64,000 nucleotides of DNA, from contig NC_134032.1 in NCBI RefSeq assembly GCF_964204645.1, forward strand, positions 14,186,275 to 14,250,274. The letters run 5' to 3'. Below are positions 16,027 to 28,700 of this stretch, in pieces. The DNA comes from Tubulanus polymorphus. Its lineage: Eukaryota; Animalia; Nemertea. The stretch's first letter is position 1, and each line of letters begins with the position of its first letter. The position numbers and the translations under genes are program-made. Below the pieces are notes generated by a model. It was given only the letters and a program-made list of their open reading frames with translations, did not search any database and was not told where the DNA came from.

Positions 16027-16469
16027 GTGTTTAGTTTTTTTCAGTTTAGAATAGGATCCCACCTATTACGTGTACATAGATTTTCTAATCTCCATCTACC
16101 TAGAAACGAAAGAATGTGCCCAATCTGCAATGTTTTTGGGGATGAATTTCATTTTCTCTTTGATTGTAAGATTCTTGCCGAACTTCACAATGCCGTTCCG
16201 AATTTAGAAACATTTAGAAACTTTGATATATTAAAAACTCCAAATTTTCAATTAGCACAATTTATAAAAGATGGTTTAGATGTATATAGATCCCTCCTGT
16301 AGTCTTTCAATTGTAAATAGTACACTGTGTTTGTATATATTGTAAATACTCTTGTTATGTTTTTAAAATATTTTTTATTTTTCTCTCGATATGTAAATAT
16401 TTGTAAACAAAATCTTTTTTTTCCTCCACGTACCATGGAAATGGTTGGAGAGTAATAAATTATCTTATC
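16027..16469 (+). mobile_element. LINE 3' end, long copy 2
   Basis: Near-identical to 11125-11566, with the same junction into the MITE interior. Confidence 0.8.
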
Positions 16470-17082
16470 AATATACTGGTGTTGTTTCTATGAACTAATG
16501 ACTTTTCGTAAACTTGGTGGCAGCACTATACGGTCCCCTAGCGTGAATTCTATGAACTAATGTAACGATGAGGGCTGGTAGCGCCCGGAAGCTTAACATT
16601 AACCTCAATATAACTACGTTCTGAGCGATTTAAGTCAGTATTGTTTTCTGAAATGGAATTCACTGTATTTGATCGAGCGTATGGTCAATGGCGCGTGCAG
16701 TAGCCCGCGGTATTACATTAGTTCACAGAAATGACGCTAGGGGACCGTACGGTGCTGCCACCAATATTTAGAAACTTTGATATATTAAAAACTCCAAATT
16801 TTCAATTAGCACAATTTATAAAAGATGGTTTAGATGTATATAGATCCCTCCTGTAGTCTTTCAATTGTAAATAGTACACTGTATTTGTATATTTTGTAAA
16901 TACTCTTATGTTTTAAAAATATTTTTTATTTTTCTCTCGATATGTAAAATTTTGTAAACAAAATCTCTTTTTTCCTTCACGTACCATGGAAATGGTTGGA
17001 GAGTAATAAAATTATCTTATCTTATCTTATCTTATCTTATCTGGTGCGTGATTTCTATGAATTTATGTAATAATGCGAGCTG

Positions 17083-17236
17083 GGCCACCTTCGGTTATCT
17101 GAGTTAGTCGACTATAGTCGAACTAAACAAAATGTCAGTTAGTCGGAACTATATTCCGGAAATAGTTCGAAAATCAAGCGCATTCGGTTATTAGTTCCGA
17201 CCACTAGTCGACTAGATACGAAAACCGAATTTGGCC
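17083..17236. mobile_element. PIF/Harbinger-like MITE with CTG target-site duplication, nested in a divergent copy of the satellite MITE
   Basis: TIRs GGCCACCTTCGGTTATC / GAAAACCGAATTTGGCC, flanked by CTG on both sides. The host sequence (17043-17411) aligns to the 293-bp unit on either side. Confidence 0.7.
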
Positions 17237-17421
17237 CTGGATGCGCCGGGTAGTTAACATTAACCTTAATTTAACATTAACCTTAATTAAGGCAGTATTG
17301 TTTTCTGAAATGGAATAATATTTGATTTATGGTCAATGGCGAGCGCAGGAGCCCGCGGTATTACATCAGTTCATAGAAATCACGCTAGGGGACCGTACGG
17401 TGCTGCCACCAATGTATTGGT

Positions 17422-17675
17422 GTATGTATTAAATATCCAACTTAAAATATGGCTAAATTCATCAAAATAGGTCTAGATGTATATAAATCCCTCCGGTAGT
17501 ATATGTATTGTAAATAGTAAATAGTATATTATGTACACAAGTGTGAGACCAGTTAATTAAGTTTGTAGAATTTCGGAGCTTTTATTACTGTTTATGTAAT
17601 TATTGTAAATACTGTTTTTCCTCCATATACCATGGAAATGATTGGTGTAAATAAATATTCGTATTCGTATTCGTA
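17422..17675 (+). mobile_element. Divergent LINE 3' fragment with (TATTCG)n tail and ~10-bp TSD
   Basis: Similar to the other LINE ends (TAGATGTATATAAATCCCTCC, TACCATGGAAATGATTGG). Has AATAAA, then TATTCGTATTCGTATTCG. GTATTGGTGT occurs on both sides. Confidence 0.65.
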
Positions 17676-19640
17676 TTGGTGTGGTTTCTGAGAACTAATT
17701 ATATTTCGTATTGTGATGATGATGACTGTATTTGATCGATCTAGTCGGTGGTGGTGGCGGGGGTGATGACGATGTTGATGATAAACCCAAACCCTGCAGC
17801 TACCCCAAACCCTGCTAACCATACAGTTGGATATATCTACCCATAGATAAGGACCAAATAAATTTGCTTTATTCGTTAAAGATCACTACAGCGCACGACA
17901 AGACAATACTAAATTTACGCATACACAAATATATAACGAATAAACTGGGTTATCAATCTGAATTTCTAAATATAATACAAACCTGCTGCTCCACTTCATA
18001 CTACTGCTGGTGCTATTTCCTCTTATGGTATCTTTGATTAAAAACTTTTGTTAAAAACTTATCAATAAAAAGATTAGGGAATTTTTGTTGTATTTTTGGT
18101 GTTTCGTATTTGTTCTTGCTGTGGTGATGAGTGGCACAAGGACGCTGATAAGAAGCATGCCGTCTTTACTGTTACTGAGGATATCTTATAATCGGGGAAC
18201 TTTGAATTTTTCGGTGTCTTGTTGTTTCTGCTGGTAACGATGGCAAATTCTGTGTAAGTGTTGTTTATCGGGATGTGCGCGCGGGAATGTTTTACTTTTT
18301 GAAAAAAGAAACAAAAACAGGTTTCTGCATACAGGTTGGGCATTTCTATATTCGGTTTTTGAATGACGAACTTTTTTGACGCGTTGAGGAAAATGTAACT
18401 GATGAGAAACAAGCTGTTGTTTTGCGTGGCCTTATCGAAATTTCCAAATATCGCCGATCAGCCTGATGATAGTGAACATAGCTTAAAGTTACTGATGATG
18501 AGGTTATTATGATGATGTAATACGGCGTTGCTATGACTACCATATATGAGATGTTGTCGGCCAGTTGATTCGTTTCACTCCAGGACATCCATCCATAATA
18601 AATGAACGCAGCGAGGTGAGTCCATTGTTACCAGGACTCGTGTGCAACAATACCGTATTATCCAGAAAATCAATAAATTATCATACGTCACCAATAGTTA
18701 CTGGAATACAATTACAAACCGTTAATATTCGAATGAAGCTAACAGGTCGCTTTAGGTCAAAGGCATCTCTCGTGTTCTCATATTAAACTTTCATGATATC
18801 GAACCGTTCACTTTCCGTAACATGATAGAAATAAACAATAAACATTAAGGTACTGGTCTGATTATATGTAAGACCATTGACCTTGGTGGGTTCACCTTCA
18901 GCCTGGAAAAATTTTAAAACGGTCGCGATCCCCCACATTTTTACGTTCTATTCGTGACAATGAAAAAGAAATCTAATTAAACGCCATTTGGATGAGGAAA
19001 TCGTAAATTGTAAAAAATTGTCAGGTCTCGCGAAGGCGAACCCTCTATCAAGCTTACCGAAGGAGTGATCAGTGATTCGTCCAGGATCGTAGAATGACTC
19101 AGAGCTTACACCGATGGGAACAACCATCATCAGGACGGCTGAATCCCGAGGCCCGAATGCGCCCGAGTTAGAGTTTCTATCTCGATTGGTTTTTTTTTCA
19201 AGATCCGCAATTCAAATCCCGTTCTAGGTGGTGGACTGTAGACCTGAATTTTCCCGATGGGCCCATTTGAGCCTGCTTTCCCGCTGCCCTGCTGTGGGCA
19301 ATGGAAATAAATCAATTGATATCTCTTGAGCCTGCATTCTAATTCCTGTCGGACTCACAATTTAATAAACCGACGCACAGTCGCAGTAAAACAAAATTTT
19401 GTAGTTAAATCTTCTAAACGTTTTAATTTTAAATTGAATTCAACTAGGCATCCGCCATTCATTAGTTTCAATGGAAAACTAAAATTCAGCCAAAATTAAG
19501 TAATATTGATCATGTCAACTCTTATTAAAGTAAGTCCTATAGTTATTATTGAACCCGGATTATCAATAATGCATTGATTAAACCGACCAGTATACATCCT
19601 GTATTCGGTCAGTTTATTGTTACCGTAATTGTTGTCCATC

Positions 19641-19667
19641 TGTTTACGCACGTCGTTACCTAGCGAC
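19641..19667 (+). promoter_or_regulatory. Forkhead (FOXJ1-type) site plus RFX X-box upstream of the otoancorin-like gene
   Basis: TGTTTAC (19641-19647) and GTTACCTAGCGAC (19655-19667), ~130 bp upstream of the predicted ATG at 19795. Confidence 0.5.
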
Positions 19668-19794
19668 CGCATCAACAGAACTGGACGCTGGATCGAGACA
19701 ACCAGAAAGACGGACGCTTACCCCCGCAATAACACCTGAAAATCCCGACCAACGCAAGGAGGATATTAAAATAACATTTTCACGTTGGAAAAAA

Positions 19795-22700
19795 ATGTCT
19801 AAAATGACTAAGAAACTACATAAACTAGGATTAATTTTGTTAATTATAGGAGTTTCACTCAAAATGCGTGAGTACAATTATCTCTATATTTTAACTGCGG
19901 GTGATTGCTAATGATTGTTTCAAATTAATAGTTTTTATACATTCGACCACCAAAACAGTTAAACCGGAAAATAGCCACAAAATAGTATAGTGATCGTATG
20001 GATTTACAACCAACGTTTAAGAAGTTTATTTTGAAAATATCTACCAATTTCTTTCCAAAACGTTTCAAATTTCTGATCACGTTTTGTAACAGTTTCTGAA
20101 TATCATGGACGCCTGGCAGCCATATTTAAAGCATGTTAGTTTTTTATATAGCAAGCAGAAGGTAATAGGCCCTATGATTACATGTTCAAAATGAAATCTG
20201 GATTACATGGACGCCTGGCAGCCATATTTAAAAAATGTTTGTTTAATTCTTGTTTACAAAGGACACTTAGTAAAGCCCTATCAAATTTTTAGCAGAATTT
20301 TACGTTTTTTTTTCAAATATCAGATGTTTGTCAGACGACCGACGACCCGACAGCCACCGACGATTCTACACCTGTACCTGACGATTCGTCTACACTTGTA
20401 CCTGACGATTCGTTTACAATCACTGCACCAGACGACTCAACAACAACTGCACCTGAAGATGCATCACCTGACGAAATGTCTACGGAAAATGGCACAATCC
20501 CGGAAACGACGACTGCACCTTCCAGAATACGTCTAACACCGCCCCCTATACCGACTTTTACGAATTTAGCAATATTCGCTAATTCGGTGAATAATGGTTC
20601 GCGCTCTTTGGTACTGGCCTTAAATGTGAAACTAGGTCAGTAACACAACTTTGGAATTTTCAAAAGTTGAAACTTAATTTAATCATAAAATTTATATCGG
20701 TTATCAAGATATTGTGATGTTTGAATTAACACGGTCTCGATGGTTGTAAAATCAATTACACAATCTAAACGCCCTAGTTACGCGCGCAGTCATATCTTAG
20801 ATACAGTCTAAGACCTATTGAGTTCGAAAAGTTCTACAGCCAATCATAATACTTAGGACCTGATTTAAGTTCTATAACCAATTTTAAAGCTAAAGCTTAG
20901 TCTTAATATTCAAGTCAATTCTGGACTAACGTATCAAATACCATGCGTAACTGGTTTACGCTTATCTATAATATTCTATACTGGTAAAAAGTGTAAACTA
21001 TTTGGTTTAGGTTTAACGATATCTTCAACTGGTGAAGCGCAGGCCCGAGCTGTTATTAACGCTATGGCCGATAACGGAGGAGCTGATTTAATGGTATCCA
21101 TCCTCTCCGGTACTAAACCAATCAGACAACTGGCTCTCAACGAATCGACGCTGATACCGGTCCCGTTCTGGAATTTCATCAAGGTATAGGGTACACGTTA
21201 CCACTGTTATTTTAAATTTGCATCGGAATATAATTTCTACCGGGTCACGAATTGAACGCAGGAGTGTGACATGGGTGGGCTAATCTACACACGAGGAGTG
21301 TGATATATACAAGGGTGGGCGTTTTGTGGAAATCGAGGAACCACCTGGGGCGCTATGAGTCGGACTCAGTGCGACTAGATTCGGCGTCATACTGCGATTT
21401 AAAAAAAAGCCTCCTCATCAATACTAAATTAAGGTTGCCCTTTACAAGAAAATACAATAAGACATAAAATGGTGGTGTTCCTTTGAGCAAAAAAGAAAAG
21501 AACACCGCCGAGGGCTTCTTGCCCCGTGTGAGGCTCGAACTCACGACCTTCAGATTATGAGACTGACGCGCTAACCAACTGCGCTAACGAGGCGGTTGGT
21601 ATACCAATGGTACGTAACGGCTCGTGTGGTATGGAGTAAAGGTATAAACCAGCCATGCGTTAAGCACACAATTAGCAATAGATGGCGAGGGAGAGGCTGA
21701 GATGAGGCATCACAGATGCACGTTGGTTGGCCCGGCATACAGAGTATTTGGACCATCATTCATATTATTGACTAAGGCTAAAATGATACTATTTCTCTCC
21801 TAATCAGTTTTTAGCTTTAGCGTTATGAATCATCATTATAAATCAATTAACTCGATTTTTATTAGCATTTTCTTGGCTTTTTAATACAATATTCAGTTTG
21901 AATTAATAGACAACTCTTGAGTCCAATAATTCATGTGTATGCGTCTATTCCAGCCCGCTTTACGCAAACCGTGGTTTAAAGCGATGCCCCCTGATGTTGC
22001 GGCGGACATCTGTCGCAAGGCCGGTAATGAAACCGTATTCACCGACCTGTACGGATCCGGACCCAGATTAGGACCAGTTAAAGCTGAAATCTGCGCATTT
22101 GGGGTAAATTTCATATAGACTTTCAATCAAATTTTAGAAATATCATAATTATATTTCAAAGTAATTCATTTTGAATTTAATCAATATTCCGTATTTGTGA
22201 TAGTTGAACGAAGCGGAAAAACGACAAGCGATGGCAAACCTCAGACAGAAACCGAAAACGAACTGGACCCCGGACGATTGGGGTCAAGCGTTATCCGACC
22301 CGAAACGTTTAACTGGCAGCGAATTTGCTTCGATGTCATCCGCAGCGCTTCAAGCCAAGTAAGTTTCCTTCAGAGTATAGCGAACTGAAAAGGTCGCCAT
22401 AGCGGCCATACTTTAACAAATAGGTTATCACAGTTACGATTTGAATGACGCGGAAAATTATATCGTGGCATAATGATGGTCGCCATAGCGGCCATATTAA
22501 AGTTAGATAATCGCCATAAATGGGCATATTGAAATCGTATTGAATATAGAAATAATTCAAAGATAATTTATTTCGTCGTTTAAGTTTGGACACATTGAAA
22601 TCAGTGGCCGCTGAAATAACAGACCCGGGTCAGGTGCGCGCCCTTTCTGAAGCGCTGGTCTCGTCCTACGGGTCCACCGATTCCTGGAGTCAAGCCACGA

Positions 22701-25700
22701 TGGTGAATGCCGGAAGTTTGATGCAAATGATGGACCCTAGTCAATTAAAGAACCTATCAACATCTGCGGTAAATAGAAACAAGAACCGATTGATCAAATC
22801 ATGGACCCGGCATGCGGATCGTCGCTGAATATCGAACCTTCACTAATTTTTTTCTATACATATAGGTGGCGCAATCTTTAAGCTATATTTCTGTCGGGGA
22901 AAACAAGATGAAAAGAACGATCGTCAAAGCGTTAGCCCTGTCGTCGCTAGGGGACGCTAGCTCCTGGACAGCCGATACTGTGGTCAGGTAAAATCAATTT
23001 TATCAATGAATGCTTTAGAAATCTAGTTGAGACATGTATATGTCATGACCACTAGGTGGCGTGGCGCAGACACTAAATTCTGGACCGATTACGATGTACC
23101 TGTACTGAAGACGCGTGTCACAGATTTCCGAAAAACCGTCATCGCTGCCTTGCGGCCATTTTTAATCTGTATAATTTCTTTTCTCTTTTCAGTACGTTAT
23201 CTTATGTCAAAGCGGATATAACGGTGATGAATAAAATCAGTGCGAACACGTTTGCGGCGAATGTGGCAACGTTAGGAGCAAATACCTTTTCAAAATCAGA
23301 AGTAAGGAGAAATCCTTTGTGAAATAATAGATTTTATTTGTATCCGAGGTATCTGGGTTCGCTGTCCAATAACCCGGTGGATACCGCAAGTGGAATCCTC
23401 GATTGCTGCAGTAGTTGATGTTCTTCTGCTCAGTAGCGACACATGGTGGATCCTCCCTTGCCACGAGTGGAATCCACCATTGCCGCAGTATTTGATGTCA
23501 TTCTATACACTAGCGATACCTGGTGGATCCTTACTTGCCTCGACTGGGATCATCGATTGCCATAATCGACTGTTAGAGGGCAGTGCGTGCTGATAACTAA
23601 TTAACCAATTACTAATCAACCAGTTACTAATTAACCAGTTACTAATTAACCAATTGCTGATAATTGATTTTAGTCGATGTTGATGTATAAACGGCTGAAG
23701 CAGTCGACAACGTTTTCTAACCCGGCCGCATTCAGCGCCTCCACGATTACATCACTGGGTTCCATCATCGGCGGTATTGATCCAACTACAGCATCATCCA
23801 TCACTGATACGGCTGCATTCGGTGCTTTATCGTCCCTAAAAACTGCATCATTCTCGTTGCCTTCGACGGTAAATACTCAATCGTTTTCTACCGAAATTAA
23901 GCAAAATTTTGATGATTTATGAATGATTCATTTTCTGTTGGATTTTTATTTTCGCAGGGCAGGAATTTCGCTATTGCAGCCATGAGAGGTGGTCTTGGAA
24001 ATGTGAGTAGAATAATAGAATTAGCGGGGAAAATTTTTTTCACAATCTCAGATTTTTTAAAACAATCTAAGATTACTCTTAAGGTCTAAGACCATTTTTG
24101 GACTTAAGTCTCGAATATCCGGCCCCGGATCATTTAACTGAAATCGTTTAATCTTTCAGACTTCAAGTTTTACGGCTTCGTCTATGGAACAGATGGGTAA
24201 CTTGGTATCGTTTATACCTCACGGTTTAGTGAAAGAGATTCCACCCGCGGCTGTCGCCGGAAGTATAGATACTATAGCTAACATTGATATGGACGAATCG
24301 ATGTCGATGGCTTTACTAGAAAAGGTCCGTTGTATTCAGACTGCATTGAATGGATATTTTCAACTCATTCCTGCTATGATACGGTATTGTTGTGCGCATC
24401 AGCAACATCTAAAAAACCAGGGGGCCGTTTTATAGACTGGTATTACCTTTAACCCGGGGCTAACTAGATTCTTTTTCAATTGAATTAGCCCCAAAGTTAA
24501 AGGTAATACCAGTCTATAACACTGGCCCCTAGTATCATGGGAAGTTTCGAAAGGGTTTATATTGATTATTTTTTCAAAATCTAATTGATAGTATTTGCGA
24601 AATTGCAGGTGTCTGCTGCTAGTGGAGGTTTAACGGGGAGCGTCGTTGCCCGGTTAGGTAAAATGACGTCAGCGATATCGGTTAAAACGATGATGACGAT
24701 AAATGCGGAATCGCGCGGATTCACTTCGGATTCATTCACGCCGCAATATACACTAACAGTCGGTCAGGTATGATCTATACACACTGCCCACAACCCCAGG
24801 GGTGTAGATTCCTAGCTAGACCTACCCTCTCGACCCGTACGCAATCGAAATAAAAAGTTGCCAAAAATCTAACTACTCGCGAAATATGGGTATTCGATTT
24901 GAGATTTAGTCGGTTTTATATTATGGTAGTATACTGTGGTGTTCATTTCACCAAAACGTGGCGTTAGGGGTGGCTGTTTATTTGGTGGTGGTGGTGGGGG
25001 AAGAGGGGGTATATCAAGGGTTAACTGTTTTCGAAAATACATTATCATCTTTTTCACATTTTCGAAACTAATGGTGTGAAAAATATCATTTTGATATATC
25101 TTTCAGGCTCAGGTGACGGTTACAAAGATCGTCGAACATTTCGGAGCCGTATCGAGTACTAACGGGAACTATACGGTAGATCGATTGGCCAGATGGGCGG
25201 CCGTGATGGTACCCGGTATCAAACCTAGTGATCTATCAAGTTTAGGATCTGGATCTCTACTGCAGGCGTGGCTAGACGGTACCGTCAGTACCGGCGGTCA
25301 ACTATCCGGCGATCAGGTTACGGCCGTAGTCGCCAGTGTTGAAACGTTCCTAGGTTTGACAGCTATCGCTACGAACGATTCGTCTAAACTCGTTAGTTCA
25401 CAAAAATTCCTCAAATTCATCAGGTAATTTACATTCATCATATAATTTGCATATCATTAACATATTAGATAACCTGTTATTATTACCTGTGGCGTTTTAA
25501 TTAATAGGGTTATCAATAGTTATCACATCTTTTGCATATACAATAACATGTCTGCAACTTTGCATATCTAATTCAAATTCACATCATATAAGCATATCAT
25601 TTGAATATAATTAGCATATTGAATAGCCAGTTATTTTGGCATGTTTTAGGCCTGCTATTAAATGATGAATTATTCACCAGTTACATCAATTTGAGTCATT

Positions 25701-28700
25701 CATATTCAAATCGTTCACTGCGCAACATTAAACCTACATCACGGAGAAAATAAATTACGAAATGGAAAACCTTCAATTTCAGCACGTCTAAATTAGAACT
25801 ATTTTCGAACACAATGAAACCAACTGTTATATCATTAATTGGAACGCAAACTATGGATGACGTCACAACCGTTCAGCTCAAACAATTAGCCTTATTTGCA
25901 TTGAAATACGTGGTATGTATTCAAAACATCCTCATGGATGCTTGGCGGCCATATTATGTGAAATATATTATTCTCGTATAGGCAGGCCCGTGCCGACGCC
26001 TTTTGTGGGATAGTTCTATTTCACTGCAAAAGGGGTACTTTTTACCGTGAAAAGGGGAACTCTCCTAATGAAAAAGTTCATATTTAACCTATGAAATGCC
26101 CGAGTACCTGAATAGAATCATTTGAGAATGGTTTGCTTTTCAATATCCAAAAAATACAGGGAATTGTATCCAAATTTCGAAAAATCTTGACCCACAGATT
26201 TTGGCACTGACCTTCTGAAGGTCACTTTAGGGGCTCGTTAGCTCCCCCTGAGGTAATATATATTCATTACATCAAAAATGTCTACATGGCCACCTGACAG
26301 CCATATTTATTTCCATATAGGATATAGGCGGATGGTTACTGTTTTCATATAGGCAGGAGACAACGTAATAATTATTATATTCAAAATGTCCACATAGTCG
26401 CCTTGCGGCCATATTAACTACATATTTAATTTCTATGTAGGAGGTGGACGGAACAATAACTGATTTTACGTCATCTGCGACGCTCAGCGATGTTGCTCTA
26501 TCTAATATGGGAACGATAATGTGCGGATTGGAAGTGTCACACATCAATAAACTAGACTCATCAGCCCTTACAAATCATCTCGGCACGTTATCATCTTGTC
26601 CACTAGATGTCGCCACCGGTAGAGCTTTGTACGAACGCGCCAAATCAACTTTGACGTAAGTTGTTGTATGCGCATTATATTCAAATACAGATAAATTGCT
26701 AAATGAAGTTTAAAATTAATCGGGAGTGTTTTATTCGAATCGAAATTTTCAGGAATTTCCTGACAACACAAGAATATATATTAGCAGCGGGAGAATTGTT
26801 AATGTACGCGTCAGCAGCCGACTACAGCGCCATCACCGACGTAAGTCTAAACGATTAGAGCCGGTATCATTTAGAAGCTTAGATGGGCTTTACTTGATGA
26901 GATTTTTTCAAGATTTATGATTGAATGCATGGAATTGGCTATAATACTAAAAAGGCCAGTTCCATACACTGGCATTAACTTTAACTTGGGGGCTAACCTA
27001 TTTCATTTCCAATTGAGTTAGTCCCCAGCTTAAAGTGACATTTGTACTCCTTTATATAACCTTTAAAATATAGGTGGCGCAATCGTTAAGTCCATTCGCG
27101 CTTGACTGTGACGTCACGAAAAATAAGGTCTTATGCAGGGAATCAGAGGGTTGCAGTGTTGGCTTTAGATGAAATGTTCGTTTCATGTTTCAGACGGATT
27201 TCGCAGCCGTTTCCATGTATTTGTATCAAGCGATAGAGGTCACCACTGCAGCTCGGGCTTATAGACAACAGAACGGTTTGAATCAAATATCGCAAACCGA
27301 CCTCACGTTACAGGTGTCGCTACAAGCGTCGCTGTACGCGAACGTATTGACCCGTGTAACCGCAGTGAACGCCGCGAAGAAACGAAGACGTCGTTCTACA
27401 GGTAAAACAACAACCGCTGGCAGCCGAGAAAGGAAGGGGCGCTACCTTTAATGGCGCCATCTATATTTTCAATATATTTATTGCTATAAAATATTTACAT
27501 ATTTTCTCATAGAACTCAATCGCCGTGCTTAACACAAAATATAAAAATCGTCAAGATGAAACATATTAGTTATAGAAATGTAACACTTTAATGATCATCA
27601 CAAACTTATAAGTTTAAAAATTACGTTCATTAAAGCATCGATTGACGAGCTTTCCCATGGCAACTGACTAAAACAAAGCAATTTGTCACGTGATTCGAGA
27701 AGCCCTGAGAATATTTGCTAGATTACACATCTCAGTTGCTGTCGATGTGTGCGCTATGGACCTAGCGACCGGTATGAGCCACGCAGAACCAGCGGGGTTC
27801 TCGCTCACTAGCAACTAGTTGTCTCCAGTCGCTTTGTCGGTGTATGCTTTGCTTTAGGCCTAGCGCACATCGACACTGCGATTGGAGACAACTAGTTGCA
27901 AGGCAGTTTTCGGCGCATGAGAGGAACTGGCTGGATACGATCAGTTGCTTGAATGTGTCGATGTGAGCGAGCTTACGATTGGTAAGCGTCGATCTATCTC
28001 CAGTTCCAGCCAGTTGCCCATGTTCTACTTTTGAGCAACTGGTTGTACTCAATCGCAGTCATATCCGTCGATGTGCGCGCTCTGGATCTCGACGATCGAC
28101 ACGCGCCATGCAGTTAATGCAACTGACCGGTTGTAACTAGATTTTGATGTGCGCGGGGTAATCGTTCGGTAGCAACTAGTTGTCTCCAATCGCAGTGTCG
28201 ATGTGCGCTAGGCTTTAGGGATAGTGAATTCCGTAGATAAGTTGCCGAGATTCTAAAAGCGCTACTTGCATATAATTTCGTAACGGCGGAATTGATTGAT
28301 TTTTGTAGGTACGATCACGTGTTCCGACATGCAGGCGATGGGAACGAACGGAGTAAAAGCGTTGACGTCAACGCAAATCAATAGTATCTCAAATACTGAA
28401 TTCCAAAACTGTATCGATACGCTAGGGGGCGCTGAATGGTCAACTACTCAACTACTCGCTTTGGTAACCAAGGCTAAAGCGGTAAGCGCAGTTTCAAATT
28501 TTGATAGTTCAATTAGGTCGCTTGACTTAACCCTAAAGAGTCCGCTACAAGGCAGTGGCAATCAAACATTAAACCAAATCAATGACGTTAGAATTATGTT
28601 CTTAAACGAAAATAATTTAGAACTATTTTCAGCAGACCTATAAAGTCGGTGGTAGCAAATGTGATACAAGATACCCAGGCCCTGGCCGGATCCAGGACCT

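Larger units (their letters stand above)
4701..17041. repeat. Tandem array (satellite) of a 293-bp unit: ~251-bp MITE with ~52-bp imperfect TIRs plus ~42-bp spacer; ~34 units including partial ones, with interspersed LINE 3' fragments
   Basis: Unit starts at e.g. 5554, 5847, 6954, 7247, 7540, 7833 (period 293). Left end TTGGTGGCAGCACTATACGGTCCCCTAGCGTGAATTCTATGAACTAATGTAA is the near reverse complement of right end TTACATTAGTTCACAGAAATGACGCTAGGGGACCGTACGGTGCTGCCACCAA. Superfamily not assigned. Confidence 0.92.

Noticed and set aside
6135-16436. Repeated 62-aa minus-strand ORF MVRGGKK...
   Set aside because: Antisense reading of the AT-rich LINE 3'UTR, repeated only because the fragment was amplified.
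4701-17041. CRISPR-like repeat-spacer array
   Set aside because: Spacers are identical rather than unique, units are 293 bp, the context is eukaryotic and there are no cas genes.
17870-18950. Possible minus-strand gene or pseudogene (ORFs 18074-18412 and 18346-18588, acceptor-like site at ~18903)
   Set aside because: Frames are interrupted by stops, I could not build a consistent exon chain, and no protein family was recognisable.
25392-25397. Alternative donor GTTAGT ending exon 13 at 25391
   Set aside because: Puts the next exon out of frame (immediate TAA); the donor at 25424 preserves the frame.
20105-26415. Recurring ATGG(A/C/T)CGCC...GC(A/G)GCCATATT motif in introns as a dedicated regulatory system
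   Set aside because: Short and degenerate; more simply explained as fragments of a common interspersed repeat, which cannot be resolved without genome-wide counts.
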